A stretch of 64,000 nucleotides of DNA from an uncultured Cryomorphaceae bacterium (GTDB lineage Bacteria; Bacteroidota; Bacteroidia; Flavobacteriales; Schleiferiaceae), in assembly GCA_963933975.1 (NCBI GenBank), contig CAWVWE010000006.1, positions 6,034 to 70,033 of the forward strand, written 5' to 3'. Shown here piece by piece: positions 1-9,615 of the stretch; positions within the stretch are counted from its first letter, which is position 1; each line of letters starts with the position of its first letter. Under the pieces are notes generated by a model. The model made no database searches, was not told the DNA's origin, and worked only from the letters and a program-made list of their open reading frames with translations. Made by a program: the position numbers and the translations under genes.

Positions 1-1752
1 ATGACAGTTACGGATGCTCAAGGGTGTATAGTAAGTATATCAGAAGTGATATCTGAACCTACGGTGTTAGTTGCCTCATCTTTAGTGGACTCTCTCGAAT
101 GTTATGGAGCTCAGGATGGAAGTATCTCATATACAGTATCTGGAGCAAATGCACCTTACTTAAGTTCATGGTCTGGTTCATTAGGCACATCAGTTGATAG
201 TGTTTTAACAACCTTCCAGGTTGATATGACGGGTGCTTCTGTTAGTACAAGTGGTATGCAGTTAATCTCAAACTCTGGATCCAACTACAGTATGAGTATG
301 GTTCCAGTACTAGAGGATTCTATTTATAGAGTTACCATTGCAATGGCAGTAGGGAGTACTATGGAATACCGATTCTTTAATGGGGCTGCTGCTGAGAGTG
401 TTAGTTCACTATGTGGTACAAACATTGGCGGTACGTTCTATCGTACTGTCACGGTGTCATCCGATACAACATTCGGTGCAGTAGCATTCTCAGGATGTAC
501 ATTGATCAGCTCTAATATGACTGGAGCAGGGATTTACGGATCACGTGATCTGACAGGTTTATCTGCGGGAGTATATACAATGAGCTTTACGGATGTAAAC
601 GGCTGTACTGTTTTAATGTCTGACTCGATTGCTCAGCCTGATAGCTTATACATATCAGCGGCGAGTATAGTAGATGCTAGTTGTCCTCAAACACCTGATG
701 GATTCATCGATATCACTGTCGCCGGAGGCACAGCGCCTTATTCATACATTTGGAATGGAGGTACAGATACAACTCAAGACATATCGGCTGCTTATGGATA
801 CTATTCTGTTCAGATAACCGATGCAAAAGGTTGTATTGATAGTGCAACGTATTTAATTGATGCGCCATTCCCGTATAATGACGAAGAGTTGTGTGTGGTT
901 ACAGTTGATACAACAGGTGTCAACCTGCTTGTTTGGGATAAGACCCCAGGACAGCGCACTGCAGACTATATTATACTTCGTGAAAACGCATCAACGCAGT
1001 ACGCGAGTGTAGGAACTAATGTTTATAATAACATGAGTACTTATGCTGATCAAAACTCTAATCCAGCGGTACAGCCGTATAGATATAAGTTAGTACTTCA
1101 GGATAGTTGTGGTAATTATTCAGATACTTCTGATTTCCATGCTACTATTCACCTACAAGCTAGCCCTGGTATTGCCTCTAACGAGGTTCAGTTATCATGG
1201 ACGGCATACGAAGGGAAAACAGTACAGACCTACTATATCTATCGCTGGTTGAGTCCATTGAATAGAATATTAGTGGATTCTGTTAGCTCGAATGTATTTA
1301 CGTACACTGATATATATCCTGTGACAACTACAATCACTGCTCTCCTTTACGAAGTAGGCGCTAAGTTTGTAAACGGTGGATGTAGCCCAACTGTAGGAAA
1401 ACGAGCTACTTATGCTAATTCTATGTCAAACGTATTGGATTGGGGTACAGATGGCGGCGTTTCCATAGGAACGGATGAGTGGGTTGATGTCGTATTAGAG
1501 CACGATCTAGAGATTTATCCAAATCCAACATTGGGACGATTAAATCTAGACCTGAAAGGTGCATGGGAATATCAAGAAGATATTAATATTAAAGTTCTTG
1601 ATCTTACTGGTAGAGTTTTAGCAACAAGTATCACTAATGGAGCTGGAACTGTTCAGTTTGATTTCCAAGAGTTACCTGCTGGCATATACTTTATCAATAT
1701 TATTACCAACGAAGGAAGAACCATTGTTAAACGTTTTGAAAGAATAAACTAA
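1..1752 (+). CDS. T9SS-secreted cell-surface protein, 5'-truncated by the window edge (SprB-type repeats, CBM-like insert, type A C-terminal sorting domain)
   Basis: The frame is open from base 1. There are two SprB-type Cys repeats (CYGAQDGSISYTVSGANAPYLSSW and CPQTPDGFIDITVAGGTAPYSYIW) and recurring TDxxGC strands. The last ~80 aa (EIYPNPTLGRLNL...GIYFINIITNEG) match the T9SS type A CTD pattern. Confidence 0.75.
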   Translation: MTVTDAQGCIVSISEVISEPTVLVASSLVDSLECYGAQDGSISYTVSGANAPYLSSWSGSLGTSVDSVLTTFQVDMTGASVSTSGMQLISNSGSNYSMSMVPVLEDSIYRVTIAMAVGSTMEYRFFNGAAAESVSSLCGTNIGGTFYRTVTVSSDTTFGAVAFSGCTLISSNMTGAGIYGSRDLTGLSAGVYTMSFTDVNGCTVLMSDSIAQPDSLYISAASIVDASCPQTPDGFIDITVAGGTAPYSYIWNGGTDTTQDISAAYGYYSVQITDAKGCIDSATYLIDAPFPYNDEELCVVTVDTTGVNLLVWDKTPGQRTADYIILRENASTQYASVGTNVYNNMSTYADQNSNPAVQPYRYKLVLQDSCGNYSDTSDFHATIHLQASPGIASNEVQLSWTAYEGKTVQTYYIYRWLSPLNRILVDSVSSNVFTYTDIYPVTTTITALLYEVGAKFVNGGCSPTVGKRATYANSMSNVLDWGTDGGVSIGTDEWVDVVLEHDLEIYPNPTLGRLNLDLKGAWEYQEDINIKVLDLTGRVLATSITNGAGTVQFDFQELPAGIYFINIITNEGRTIVKRFERIN

Positions 1753-2840
1753 TGAATAAAATCACTAAATCACTAGTCTTGGGACTGTTCTCGACACTAG
1801 CTTTTTCTCAGACGGAATCTAATCCACCGCTCTATAGCAGTGGTTACTTGGCGTTGCCAAGTACAGCTACTGAATTGTCATTAGCTGGATCAGCTAATCC
1901 ATTGGGCTATAATCATCAGGTGTTCTCTTTAGGTCTATTGGATTTGGACAATCAAGTCGGAGCCTCAAGCATCCCTAGTGTTTCAGGTAGTCATGGTCCA
2001 TCTTCATCCTTGTCACGAGCTAGTGTTGCTTACAACGTTAACGAGACCACAGGAATAGTAGGATCTATTGGTTATTTTTCAGCTGGTGATGTAGAGTTAA
2101 GAGACGGCGATGGTAACGTACTGGGCCAGTTTACTCCGTTTGAGACAGATTTTAGAATAGGAGTAGTTAAAGCTCTTTCTGAAGATTTAAACGTTGGTGT
2201 GCGTCTTGGGTACCTTAGCACTAATCTAGGATCCAGTATGTCTACAGCGGCTATTAGAGAGGCCTCTGTGTTAATAGATTTCTCTGTAGACTATACAATA
2301 ATGGAGAGTTCAAGTTCGTCTCTAACGACTTACTGGTCGTTGAATAACGTTGGGAAAAAAGCAAACTTCAGTGAGTCGAATCTTAATTACTTACCAGCTC
2401 AAATGTCTCTAGGTGTGGTATATGATTATGAAATTAATGATGATTTAAGAATCCTACCCCAACTACAATTACAAAAATTCTTGGTACCAACGGCCCCGAC
2501 GTATAATGCCGATGGAACAATTTTCGGTGGACAGCTACAAAACACTAATATTCTGGGATCGTTATTTACCTCTTTTAATGACGCGCCAGGTGGATCAGCT
2601 GAAGAGGTTAAGGAATGGTGTCCTATTCTCTCGACTCAATTGGTTGTGAAAGAGAAAATTTTAATCAATTTAGGAGCATCTCTTGAGCACCAAGATAAAG
2701 GGAATCGTCAATTTATTTCGCTAGGTATTGGTTACAAAGCTGAAAAAATCCAGCTAAGCACTGCTTATTTAGTGCCACTATCAGACAACGCGGGCTATTT
2801 TCAAGGCTTGTTTGGACTAGGTGTTAAGTATAAGATATAA
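1752..2840 (+). CDS. Outer-membrane beta-barrel protein, PorQ/PorV-like (T9SS-associated family)
   Basis: It has a signal peptide (LVLGLFSTLAFSQ). The motif YLALPSTATELSLAGS resembles the FLxLPxSARxxALGG opening of PorQ/PorV barrels. Alternating hydrophobic strands run to the C-terminus. The ATG overlaps the upstream stop (TAATG). The barrel call is firmer than the PorQ assignment. Confidence 0.5.
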   Translation: MNKITKSLVLGLFSTLAFSQTESNPPLYSSGYLALPSTATELSLAGSANPLGYNHQVFSLGLLDLDNQVGASSIPSVSGSHGPSSSLSRASVAYNVNETTGIVGSIGYFSAGDVELRDGDGNVLGQFTPFETDFRIGVVKALSEDLNVGVRLGYLSTNLGSSMSTAAIREASVLIDFSVDYTIMESSSSSLTTYWSLNNVGKKANFSESNLNYLPAQMSLGVVYDYEINDDLRILPQLQLQKFLVPTAPTYNADGTIFGGQLQNTNILGSLFTSFNDAPGGSAEEVKEWCPILSTQLVVKEKILINLGASLEHQDKGNRQFISLGIGYKAEKIQLSTAYLVPLSDNAGYFQGLFGLGVKYKI

Positions 2841-2852
2841 CATCACTTTTCC

Positions 2853-2915
2853 GAATTCACGCATATAAAAGAGCCCGCTGTTATAAATAGTGGGCTCTTT
2901 TATACTCGTGAATTC
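2853..2915 (+). terminator. Long two-tier hairpin; probable rho-independent terminator of the 1..2840 operon
   Basis: The sequence is gaattcacg-ca-tataaaagagccc [15-nt loop] gggctcttttata-ct-cgtgaattc. That gives 9 + 13 bp of stem with a symmetric 2-nt internal loop. The inner stem ends in a T-run. Confidence 0.6.
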
Positions 2916-3349
2916 TTAGGATCACGATTGATTATGCCCGGGGGTAATTAAGATTTTATTGTCAATATTGAAAGCCGGATTTATTATCCTAGAAATGTTG
3001 TTTTTTAGACCTTAATATTTAGGGATTACAGAAATGCTAGTTTAGCATAAAGACACAATTAGTGGAAAATAATATAACATTAATACTACTTATTTTCCTT
3101 TTAACCTGGACGTCCTTGATTGTGTTGATCTCAGGGATTTATCGTTCTTTGACCTCTGTGGATCTTATTCGCAGTGTCAATAATGATTATCTTCTTTACA
3201 TGCCAAAACATCCTTGAAATTAAGAAGATGGATAAAACCGCATATGCAAGAAGAAATAAGGTCTTGACCATTCGTTTGGTGTTATATTGATGTTCGTAAC
3301 TTGGTAAGTCAAATAATTTTAAAAGCACTCAAATTGTATCAAAACTTAT

Positions 3350-3357
3350 TAGTTTTG
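3350..3357 (+). promoter_or_regulatory. Candidate Bacteroidota -7 promoter box (TAgtTTTG)
   Basis: It matches the TAnnTTTG consensus and lies 56 nt upstream of the ATG at 3413. The only nearby upstream TTG (3334-3336) is just 13 nt away, which is poor spacing for a -33 element. Confidence 0.3.
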
Positions 3358-3412
3358 CTCTTGTTAAAGAGGAGGATAAATTAATTCGACTCGATAAATT
3401 CCCGTACCACAC

Positions 3413-6400
3413 ATGCTCCGTAAATTTCTACTTTTTTTAGCCATTGTCACTGTTTTTTTTACCGCCACAGCTCAAGAACGCGTATCTAATGAATTGACCA
3501 AAAAGCAGATTCAGGACATGTCTTGGGTTGACGCTATGCAGGATTACCGTGTTAACTTTAATACAGTAGTCGAAAAATTCAATACCGCACACGTAGGAAA
3601 AACCTACGAAAAGGGCCATGGCTGGAAACAGTTCAAACGTTGGGAACACATGATGGGACAACGTGTTGGAACAGATGGTATTCGCCCAAACCCCGCTGTG
3701 CTATATCAAGCAATACAGGCCCAAAAAACAGCTATTTCCGTTGAGTATGGAGATTGGTCTGCTATGGGGCCATTCAACGCTCCCTCTAACGGAGGTATTG
3801 GACGTATTAGTAATGTGGCATTTCACCCCAATCACTATGACACTATATATGCTGGTGCCCCAGCTGGTGGATTATGGGTGAGCTATGACGATGGTCAGAA
3901 CTGGAAGACATTTACAGATGAACTCACTAATATTGGAGTTTCAGATTTAGCGATCGATCCTTTGTATCCCGACAGGATGTATCTCGCAACTGGCGATAGA
4001 GACGCTGCGGATACGTATAGTTTTGGATTGTTAAAGTCTACTGATGGCGGCGTAACATGGGGAACAACTGGTTTGTCTTTTTCAGTCTCGAATAATTATA
4101 GAATTGGAAGAGTAGTTGTTGATCCAGACAGTACCCATATAATACTGGTAGCTACAAATGGAGGCATCTATAGAAGTACGAATTATGGTGTTAATTTTTC
4201 TTTAAGGCAAACTGGTAATTTCATTGGAATACACAATGGAATTGGCGATACAGCCTATGCGACCACTACAGGTTCATCGCCTAAAGTCTATCGATCGGTA
4301 GATAATGGCGATTCATGGTCTCAACTAACAAGTGGTTTACCGACTTCGAATAAATATAGGTGTGAGCTTACTCTAAGTAGTACACCAGGCAAACTATATG
4401 TGGTTTATGGTGCTTCAAACTATGGCTATGGTGGTGTGTACCGTTCTACGAATGGTGGAACAAACTGGAGCTTAATGAGTTCTACCCCAAATATCATGGG
4501 CTGGTCAAATAATGGCTCAGGATCAGGAGGCCAAGCATGGTATGACCTAAGTATTGCCTGTGACCCTAATCAGGAAAACACCATCTATGTGGGTGGCGTC
4601 AATATTTGGAAATCGACTAATGGCGGAAGTACATGGAGTTGCGTGGGCCATTGGTACGGTGCCGGATCTACGCCTTATGTACACGCTGATCATCATCACG
4701 CATCTTTTAGACCAGGCAGCTCAGAACTATACGTAGGCACGGATGGTGGAGTTTACAAAACAACAAATGCCGGCTCGTCATGGTCAGATTTAAATGACGG
4801 TATGAACATTACTCAGTACTATAAGATAAGCCAAAGTACTACGGACACCTCATTAGTACTTGCTGGTGCACAGGACAACGGTTCTCACATGAGGTCGTCT
4901 ACGATGAATTGGTCAGAAGTTACAGGTGGAGACGGCATGGACAATGGCGTGGACGTCGCTAACGATAACCTGCTTTACACGTCTGTTTACTATGGCGATT
5001 TTTACAAGAGCACTAATGGTGGCGCTTTTTTCTCAGGCATAAATACGTTGAGTCCTGCTGGCTCCGGAAATTGGGTTACGCCCTTTAACACTGATCCAGT
5101 TACTGCTAATACAATTTACGCGGGCTTCACGAAGCTTTGGAAATCAACCAATGCAGGGTCAAGCTGGACTGCAACTTCCTCAGCTAATGTTGCAGGAAAT
5201 TCGAATATGGATGAATTTGAAATTGCGCCAAGCAATACGAATTATATCTATGCATTGATCAACAGTAATATTTATAAAAGTTCCAACGCTGGAAGCACTT
5301 GGTCTTCCATTACGCCTAGCGGAAGCTTATCTCCTGGAAATAACATTACAGGTGTCGCCATAGATGCTGATGATGAAGATCATATTGTCATTTCTATCAG
5401 CGGATTTACCGGAACTAAAAAGGCAATGGAAAGCTTTAACGCAGGGGTATCGTGGTCTAATATTTCATCTGGACTGCCTAATGTGCCAGCGACAGCGGTT
5501 ATTTTTGAAGGTGGTTCGAGCGATGGAATTTACGTGGGAACAGATATTGGAGTCTATTACAAGAGCTCTGTCTATCCTAACTGGGTAAGCTTCAATGAGA
5601 ACTTACCAAACGTGATCATCTCTGACTTTGAACTTTATGAAGATGATGCGCTACTGAGAATAGGGACTTTTGGTCGTGGTGTTTGGCAAAGCCCACTGAT
5701 GTCAGGCTTTTCTGCTGTTCCAGAAGTAGACTTTACCGCAGACCCCATGTCTACATGTGGCTTAGGTGATACAGTAACCTTAACCGACAATAGTTCCGGT
5801 TTGCCAGCGTCATGGTTATGGCAAATCACACCGACTACATACAACTTTGTAGGATCAAGCACAGATACGGCCCAGAACCCACAAGTGGTGTTCACTGCCA
5901 CAGGGAGTTATACGGTGACCTTAACAGCAACGAACGCCTATGGATCGGACGATACCACACAGTATCAATTGATCAATGTAGGAGGGGCTACCTTGCCTTT
6001 TGTAGAAGACTTTGAAACAGGCTACCTAGGTTGGGAAATTATAAATCCTGATGGCGGAATCACATGGGAGTCTTCCGCGGTAAGCGGTTCATCTCCTGGG
6101 AGCACAGCGATGAAAGTAGCACACTACTCTTACAGCACAACGGGAGTCATAGATGAACTGGTTTCACCTCCATTGGATTTCACAAACGACACCTTAGTAT
6201 CGATGTCTTTTGAATATGCCTCTGCTTATTACACCACAGCGTACAACGACAGCCTAAAAATATATGTGAGCTCTGATTGTGGAACTACATGGTCTAACGT
6301 TGCTTCATATGATGGAACCGAAAGCACCTTTAGCACGGCGGGTCAAACGGCGTCCTCTTTCACACCAATAGATTCTACAACATGGTGTCACGGAAATTCT

Positions 6401-7744
6401 ACGGTGGCCTGTCCGACAATTGACCTTGATGCATACAGCGGAATGGCAGGTATTAGGGTGAAGTTTGTAACGATAAACGGTTATGGAAATAACTTATATT
6501 TGGACAATATCAACATCACTGGCCAGGCCCAGGTTGCCCCTGTAGCTTCGTTCCAGGGAGACAGTGCAGCATGTACCGGGCAAGTACTGAACTTCTTAGA
6601 TTTTTCAACACCAGCTCCAGCAAATCGTATGTGGTATTTCCAAGGAGGTACTCCACCGACCTCTACATCGCCAAGCCCTGCAGTTACCTATGCTTCGCCA
6701 GGAAACTACGATGTTAAACTAGTGGTATCAAACGCCGCTGGTCAGGATTCACTTACTAAGACAAGCTTTGTGACCGTTACTACAGCTCCAATAGCGGACG
6801 TTGTTTTGGTTCTGGTGTCGTCTACGGTATGTAAAAACGACAGTATTTTTGCCTCTGCAACCATTACAAATGGAGGTCTTGCGCCTAGTATAGATTGGAT
6901 CGTAAATGGCGCAGTCGTAGCGAGCAATAACTTGGCATTCGCCAGCGTATTCACTGATGGTGATGTTCTTAAAGTGAGAATGACCAGTTCGGATAATTGT
7001 GTAGCGGTTAAAACAGCCGCCGACTCTGTAACGATTACAGTAAATAACTTGCCTGCAGTGACCTTATCCTCGCAAGGTTATTTGTGTGAGTTGGATGGAC
7101 CAATGCAACTCAGTGGAGGTATGCCAGCCGGCGGCATATATTCTGGCCTTGGGATCAGTAATGATACAATTTATCCGAGTCTCTCCGGTGTAGGCTCACA
7201 TTGGGTATATTATACTTACACGGAGCCAACTACGGGTTGTGCTAACGAGAAGAAAAGAGCCATTAGTATTCAACCAGCTCCTGGTCAGCCTACGTTAACT
7301 CAGAATACGATAAGTGGAGAACTAGAAGCGTCAACTCCTTCTGGAACATACAGCTATCAGTGGTTGGATGGAAATATGGATCCAATTTCAGGGGCAACTA
7401 ACTCGACTTTCTTACCAACCTCAAATGGAAACTACTACGTTAAGATCACGTCAAACATTCTCTGCTCCAACACATCGGCAGCATACACAGTCGTGAACAT
7501 TGGTTTGAACGAGGAGAACCTAAGTGGGTTTGAAATGTATCCTAATCCAGCAACGGACAGACTTACATTTAATGTTCAAGGAAGTGCTGAAGTCCGCATC
7601 CTTGATGCTGCTGGTCGTCTGGTGTATACTGGTTTCGTAGAGGGCAAATACTCCTTAGATGTCCAGGACTGGGCGAGGGGAGTCTATATGGTTCAAGTAC
7701 TTCGCGCAGGCAAAACAACGGGGACGCCTGTCGTTCTAAAATAA
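3413..7744 (+). CDS. Large T9SS-secreted BNR/Asp-box (sortilin/VPS10-like) repeat protein with PKD domains and a type A CTD
   Basis: It has a signal peptide. At least 8 Asp-box motifs (SxDxGxTW) are present: STDGGVTWG, SVDNGDSWS, STNGGTNWS, STNGGSTWS, TTNAGSSWS, STNAGSSWT, SSNAGSTWS, FNAGVSWS. PKD-like modules follow, then LPFVEDFETGYLGWEI (a choice-of-anchor-J / MAM-like pattern). The C-terminus is MYPNPATDRLTFNV...GVYMVQVL. Confidence 0.8.
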   Translation: MLRKFLLFLAIVTVFFTATAQERVSNELTKKQIQDMSWVDAMQDYRVNFNTVVEKFNTAHVGKTYEKGHGWKQFKRWEHMMGQRVGTDGIRPNPAVLYQAIQAQKTAISVEYGDWSAMGPFNAPSNGGIGRISNVAFHPNHYDTIYAGAPAGGLWVSYDDGQNWKTFTDELTNIGVSDLAIDPLYPDRMYLATGDRDAADTYSFGLLKSTDGGVTWGTTGLSFSVSNNYRIGRVVVDPDSTHIILVATNGGIYRSTNYGVNFSLRQTGNFIGIHNGIGDTAYATTTGSSPKVYRSVDNGDSWSQLTSGLPTSNKYRCELTLSSTPGKLYVVYGASNYGYGGVYRSTNGGTNWSLMSSTPNIMGWSNNGSGSGGQAWYDLSIACDPNQENTIYVGGVNIWKSTNGGSTWSCVGHWYGAGSTPYVHADHHHASFRPGSSELYVGTDGGVYKTTNAGSSWSDLNDGMNITQYYKISQSTTDTSLVLAGAQDNGSHMRSSTMNWSEVTGGDGMDNGVDVANDNLLYTSVYYGDFYKSTNGGAFFSGINTLSPAGSGNWVTPFNTDPVTANTIYAGFTKLWKSTNAGSSWTATSSANVAGNSNMDEFEIAPSNTNYIYALINSNIYKSSNAGSTWSSITPSGSLSPGNNITGVAIDADDEDHIVISISGFTGTKKAMESFNAGVSWSNISSGLPNVPATAVIFEGGSSDGIYVGTDIGVYYKSSVYPNWVSFNENLPNVIISDFELYEDDALLRIGTFGRGVWQSPLMSGFSAVPEVDFTADPMSTCGLGDTVTLTDNSSGLPASWLWQITPTTYNFVGSSTDTAQNPQVVFTATGSYTVTLTATNAYGSDDTTQYQLINVGGATLPFVEDFETGYLGWEIINPDGGITWESSAVSGSSPGSTAMKVAHYSYSTTGVIDELVSPPLDFTNDTLVSMSFEYASAYYTTAYNDSLKIYVSSDCGTTWSNVASYDGTESTFSTAGQTASSFTPIDSTTWCHGNSTVACPTIDLDAYSGMAGIRVKFVTINGYGNNLYLDNINITGQAQVAPVASFQGDSAACTGQVLNFLDFSTPAPANRMWYFQGGTPPTSTSPSPAVTYASPGNYDVKLVVSNAAGQDSLTKTSFVTVTTAPIADVVLVLVSSTVCKNDSIFASATITNGGLAPSIDWIVNGAVVASNNLAFASVFTDGDVLKVRMTSSDNCVAVKTAADSVTITVNNLPAVTLSSQGYLCELDGPMQLSGGMPAGGIYSGLGISNDTIYPSLSGVGSHWVYYTYTEPTTGCANEKKRAISIQPAPGQPTLTQNTISGELEASTPSGTYSYQWLDGNMDPISGATNSTFLPTSNGNYYVKITSNILCSNTSAAYTVVNIGLNEENLSGFEMYPNPATDRLTFNVQGSAEVRILDAAGRLVYTGFVEGKYSLDVQDWARGVYMVQVLRAGKTTGTPVVLK

Positions 7745-7752
7745 CAATCAAT

Positions 7753-7789
7753 AAAAACCCCGCGAGCGCATGGCGCTCGCGGGGTTTAC
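7753..7789. terminator. Bidirectional rho-independent terminator between convergent genes
   Basis: A perfect 12-bp GC-rich stem, ccccgcgagcgc (7758-7769) with gcgctcgcgggg (7773-7784), is flanked by an A-run upstream and TTT downstream. Confidence 0.85.
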
Positions 7790-7820
7790 TAAAAGAAGTG
7801 CTGTAATCTTTTGATTGAGC

Positions 7821-8516
7821 TTAAGCCATCTGCATATGAGCAATCATACTTTTGAAGAGCTCAAGCCCATCTTGATTTTTAAGCTCTATGTCAGCGGCAC
7901 GTTCTGGATGTGGCATCATTCCAAATACATTTTTCGCAGCGTTACAAACACCTGCGATACTCTCGAGGGCTCCGTTCGGGTTGATGTCTTCATTGACTTC
8001 TCCGTCCTGCGTACTATATTGGAATAAAACTTGGTCATTAGCTTTCATAGCTGCTAACGTATCTGGTGCACAGTAGTAGTTTCCCTCACCATGTGCAATT
8101 GGAATTTTATAGGCTCTGTTATGGTCTAGATCGGCAGTAATACCAGCAGACTTAGAAATAGGTTTTATAAAGACGTTCTTACAAATGAATTTATGGCTGT
8201 TGTTATGACGTAATGCTCCTGGAAGCAATCCGCTTTCTGTGAGTATTTGGAATCCGTTACAGACACCTAAAACGTAGCCTCCGTTATTTGCAAAGTTAAT
8301 AACGCTACCCATGATAGGACTCATTTTAGCAATAGCTCCCGAGCGAAGGTAGTCGCCGTAAGAGAATCCTCCCGGCAATATAACACAGTCCACACCCTGT
8401 AAGTCAGAGTCTTTATGCCAAAGGTTGACGGTTTCATAGCCCATGATCGTTTCTAGAACGTAAATCATGTCTTGATCACAGTTTGATCCTGGAAAGGTGA
8501 TTACACCAAATTTCAT
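7821..8516 (-). CDS. purQ: Phosphoribosylformylglycinamidine synthase, glutaminase subunit PurQ
   Basis: It opens with [16 protein letters not shown] and carries [24 protein letters not shown] (catalytic Cys) and a HPER-type C-terminus. I prefer the ATG at 8516 to the track's TTG at 8543, because a -7 box lies inside the extension. Confidence 0.9.
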   Translation of the reverse strand: MKFGVITFPGSNCDQDMIYVLETIMGYETVNLWHKDSDLQGVDCVILPGGFSYGDYLRSGAIAKMSPIMGSVINFANNGGYVLGVCNGFQILTESGLLPGALRHNNSHKFICKNVFIKPISKSAGITADLDHNRAYKIPIAHGEGNYYCAPDTLAAMKANDQVLFQYSTQDGEVNEDINPNGALESIAGVCNAAKNVFGMMPHPERAADIELKNQDGLELFKSMIAHMQMA

Positions 8517-8540
8517 AGCGATTTGCGTATTTGATTTGTT

Positions 8541-8548
8541 CAAAGGTA
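8541..8548 (-). promoter_or_regulatory. Candidate -7 promoter box (TAccTTTG on the minus strand) for purQ
   Basis: The plus strand reads caaaggta, 25 nt upstream of the ATG at 8516. Confidence 0.45.
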
Positions 8549-8570
8549 CGCCCTTTGGATAAATATGTCG

Positions 8571-9593
8571 TTAAGCCAAGCGGTGAGAAATAGCAGAAAG
8601 AACGCGTGCTCCAACGTTAGCATCCCATTGGTCTTTTCCAGGAACTACCTCTACCAAATCACCACCGATTATTTTTCGACCAGAAGCAATCACGGCGTCT
8701 AATAAGTAGGTGAATTGAGCTATTGATAGCCCTCCGGGAACAGGTGTCCCTGTACTTGGACATAGAGACGGGTCAAACCCATCAATATCAACGCTAAGAT
8801 AAACATGGTCAGGGAGTGTGTTAACCACGCTCCTGCATACCTGGGTCCAGGTCTGTCCTGCGAACAATGCCTTGTTCATTCCACGATCAGTGAATGCATT
8901 TATTCGGTTGTCGCTGGCGATCAAGTCGGCCTCTTGGTGACAATAATCCCGTAACCCAACAATGGTTAGGGAAGTAGCAAGATGCTCTTGCAGCACGTTG
9001 TACATGATACTGGCATGTGAGTATTCAAACCCCTCATAAGAAGGTCTTAGATCTGCGTGTGCATCTATCTGTAATACTCCGAAATCACCATAATGCTCCT
9101 TGTGGGCGCGAATTGTACCAAGGGAGGTACTGTGGTCACCGCCAAGTAATATGGCACGCTTTCCCTTCTTAAGTATTACAGCCGTTTGCTTTTGTATCCA
9201 AAAATGAAAGAGGCCACACTGCTCATTGATGTTTTTTTGAATCTTAAGCTCTTTAGGTCCTATCTCACCTAACTCATACGCCTGCAGGTAACGGGTTGCT
9301 AAAAGCCTTAAGCCGTCGCCTTTTATGAGCCATTCTTGATCAATGTCATGCATCCAAATCCCACGTTCCCATCCTTTTGGATATCCTTCATCGTAAAGAT
9401 CCACTTGAGCAGAAGCAATCGCGATCTCTTTTGGACCTTCCATGGTTCCTGCGCCATAGCTAACGGTGACCTCCCATGCTGCTGGTAAGACATGAATGTC
9501 ACACTCATCTTCGTTAAAAGGTAAGCCAAAAAGGTTGCTGTTGAGAGCGGGTTCGTTTGGATTGAACGATTTGATCTTTTCTTGCTTGTTCAT
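8571..9593 (-). CDS. Arginase/agmatinase/formiminoglutamase-family metallohydrolase
   Basis: The ureohydrolase Mn-binding motifs GGDHSTSLG, QIDAHADLR and SVDIDGFDP are present. Substrate cannot be assigned by eye. Confidence 0.75.
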   Translation of the reverse strand: MNKQEKIKSFNPNEPALNSNLFGLPFNEDECDIHVLPAAWEVTVSYGAGTMEGPKEIAIASAQVDLYDEGYPKGWERGIWMHDIDQEWLIKGDGLRLLATRYLQAYELGEIGPKELKIQKNINEQCGLFHFWIQKQTAVILKKGKRAILLGGDHSTSLGTIRAHKEHYGDFGVLQIDAHADLRPSYEGFEYSHASIMYNVLQEHLATSLTIVGLRDYCHQEADLIASDNRINAFTDRGMNKALFAGQTWTQVCRSVVNTLPDHVYLSVDIDGFDPSLCPSTGTPVPGGLSIAQFTYLLDAVIASGRKIIGGDLVEVVPGKDQWDANVGARVLSAISHRLA

Positions 9594-9615
9594 TGGATGA
9601 ATTAGTCGTAGAAAA

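Noticed and set aside
3131-3328. A 65-aa minus-strand ORF with a TM-like segment lies in the long intergenic region.
   Set aside because: It starts with GTG, and the internal ATG leaves only 46 aa. It sits in AT-rich DNA where short ORFs arise by chance, and it has no promoter box or recognisable family. It is mentioned in a finding but not called as a CDS.
3366-3380. A strong Shine-Dalgarno-like AGAGGAGGA lies upstream of the BNR-repeat gene.
   Set aside because: It ends about 35 nt before the ATG at 3413, with no alternative start 5-10 nt downstream. The genome otherwise shows no SD usage, which is typical of Bacteroidota. It is probably fortuitous.
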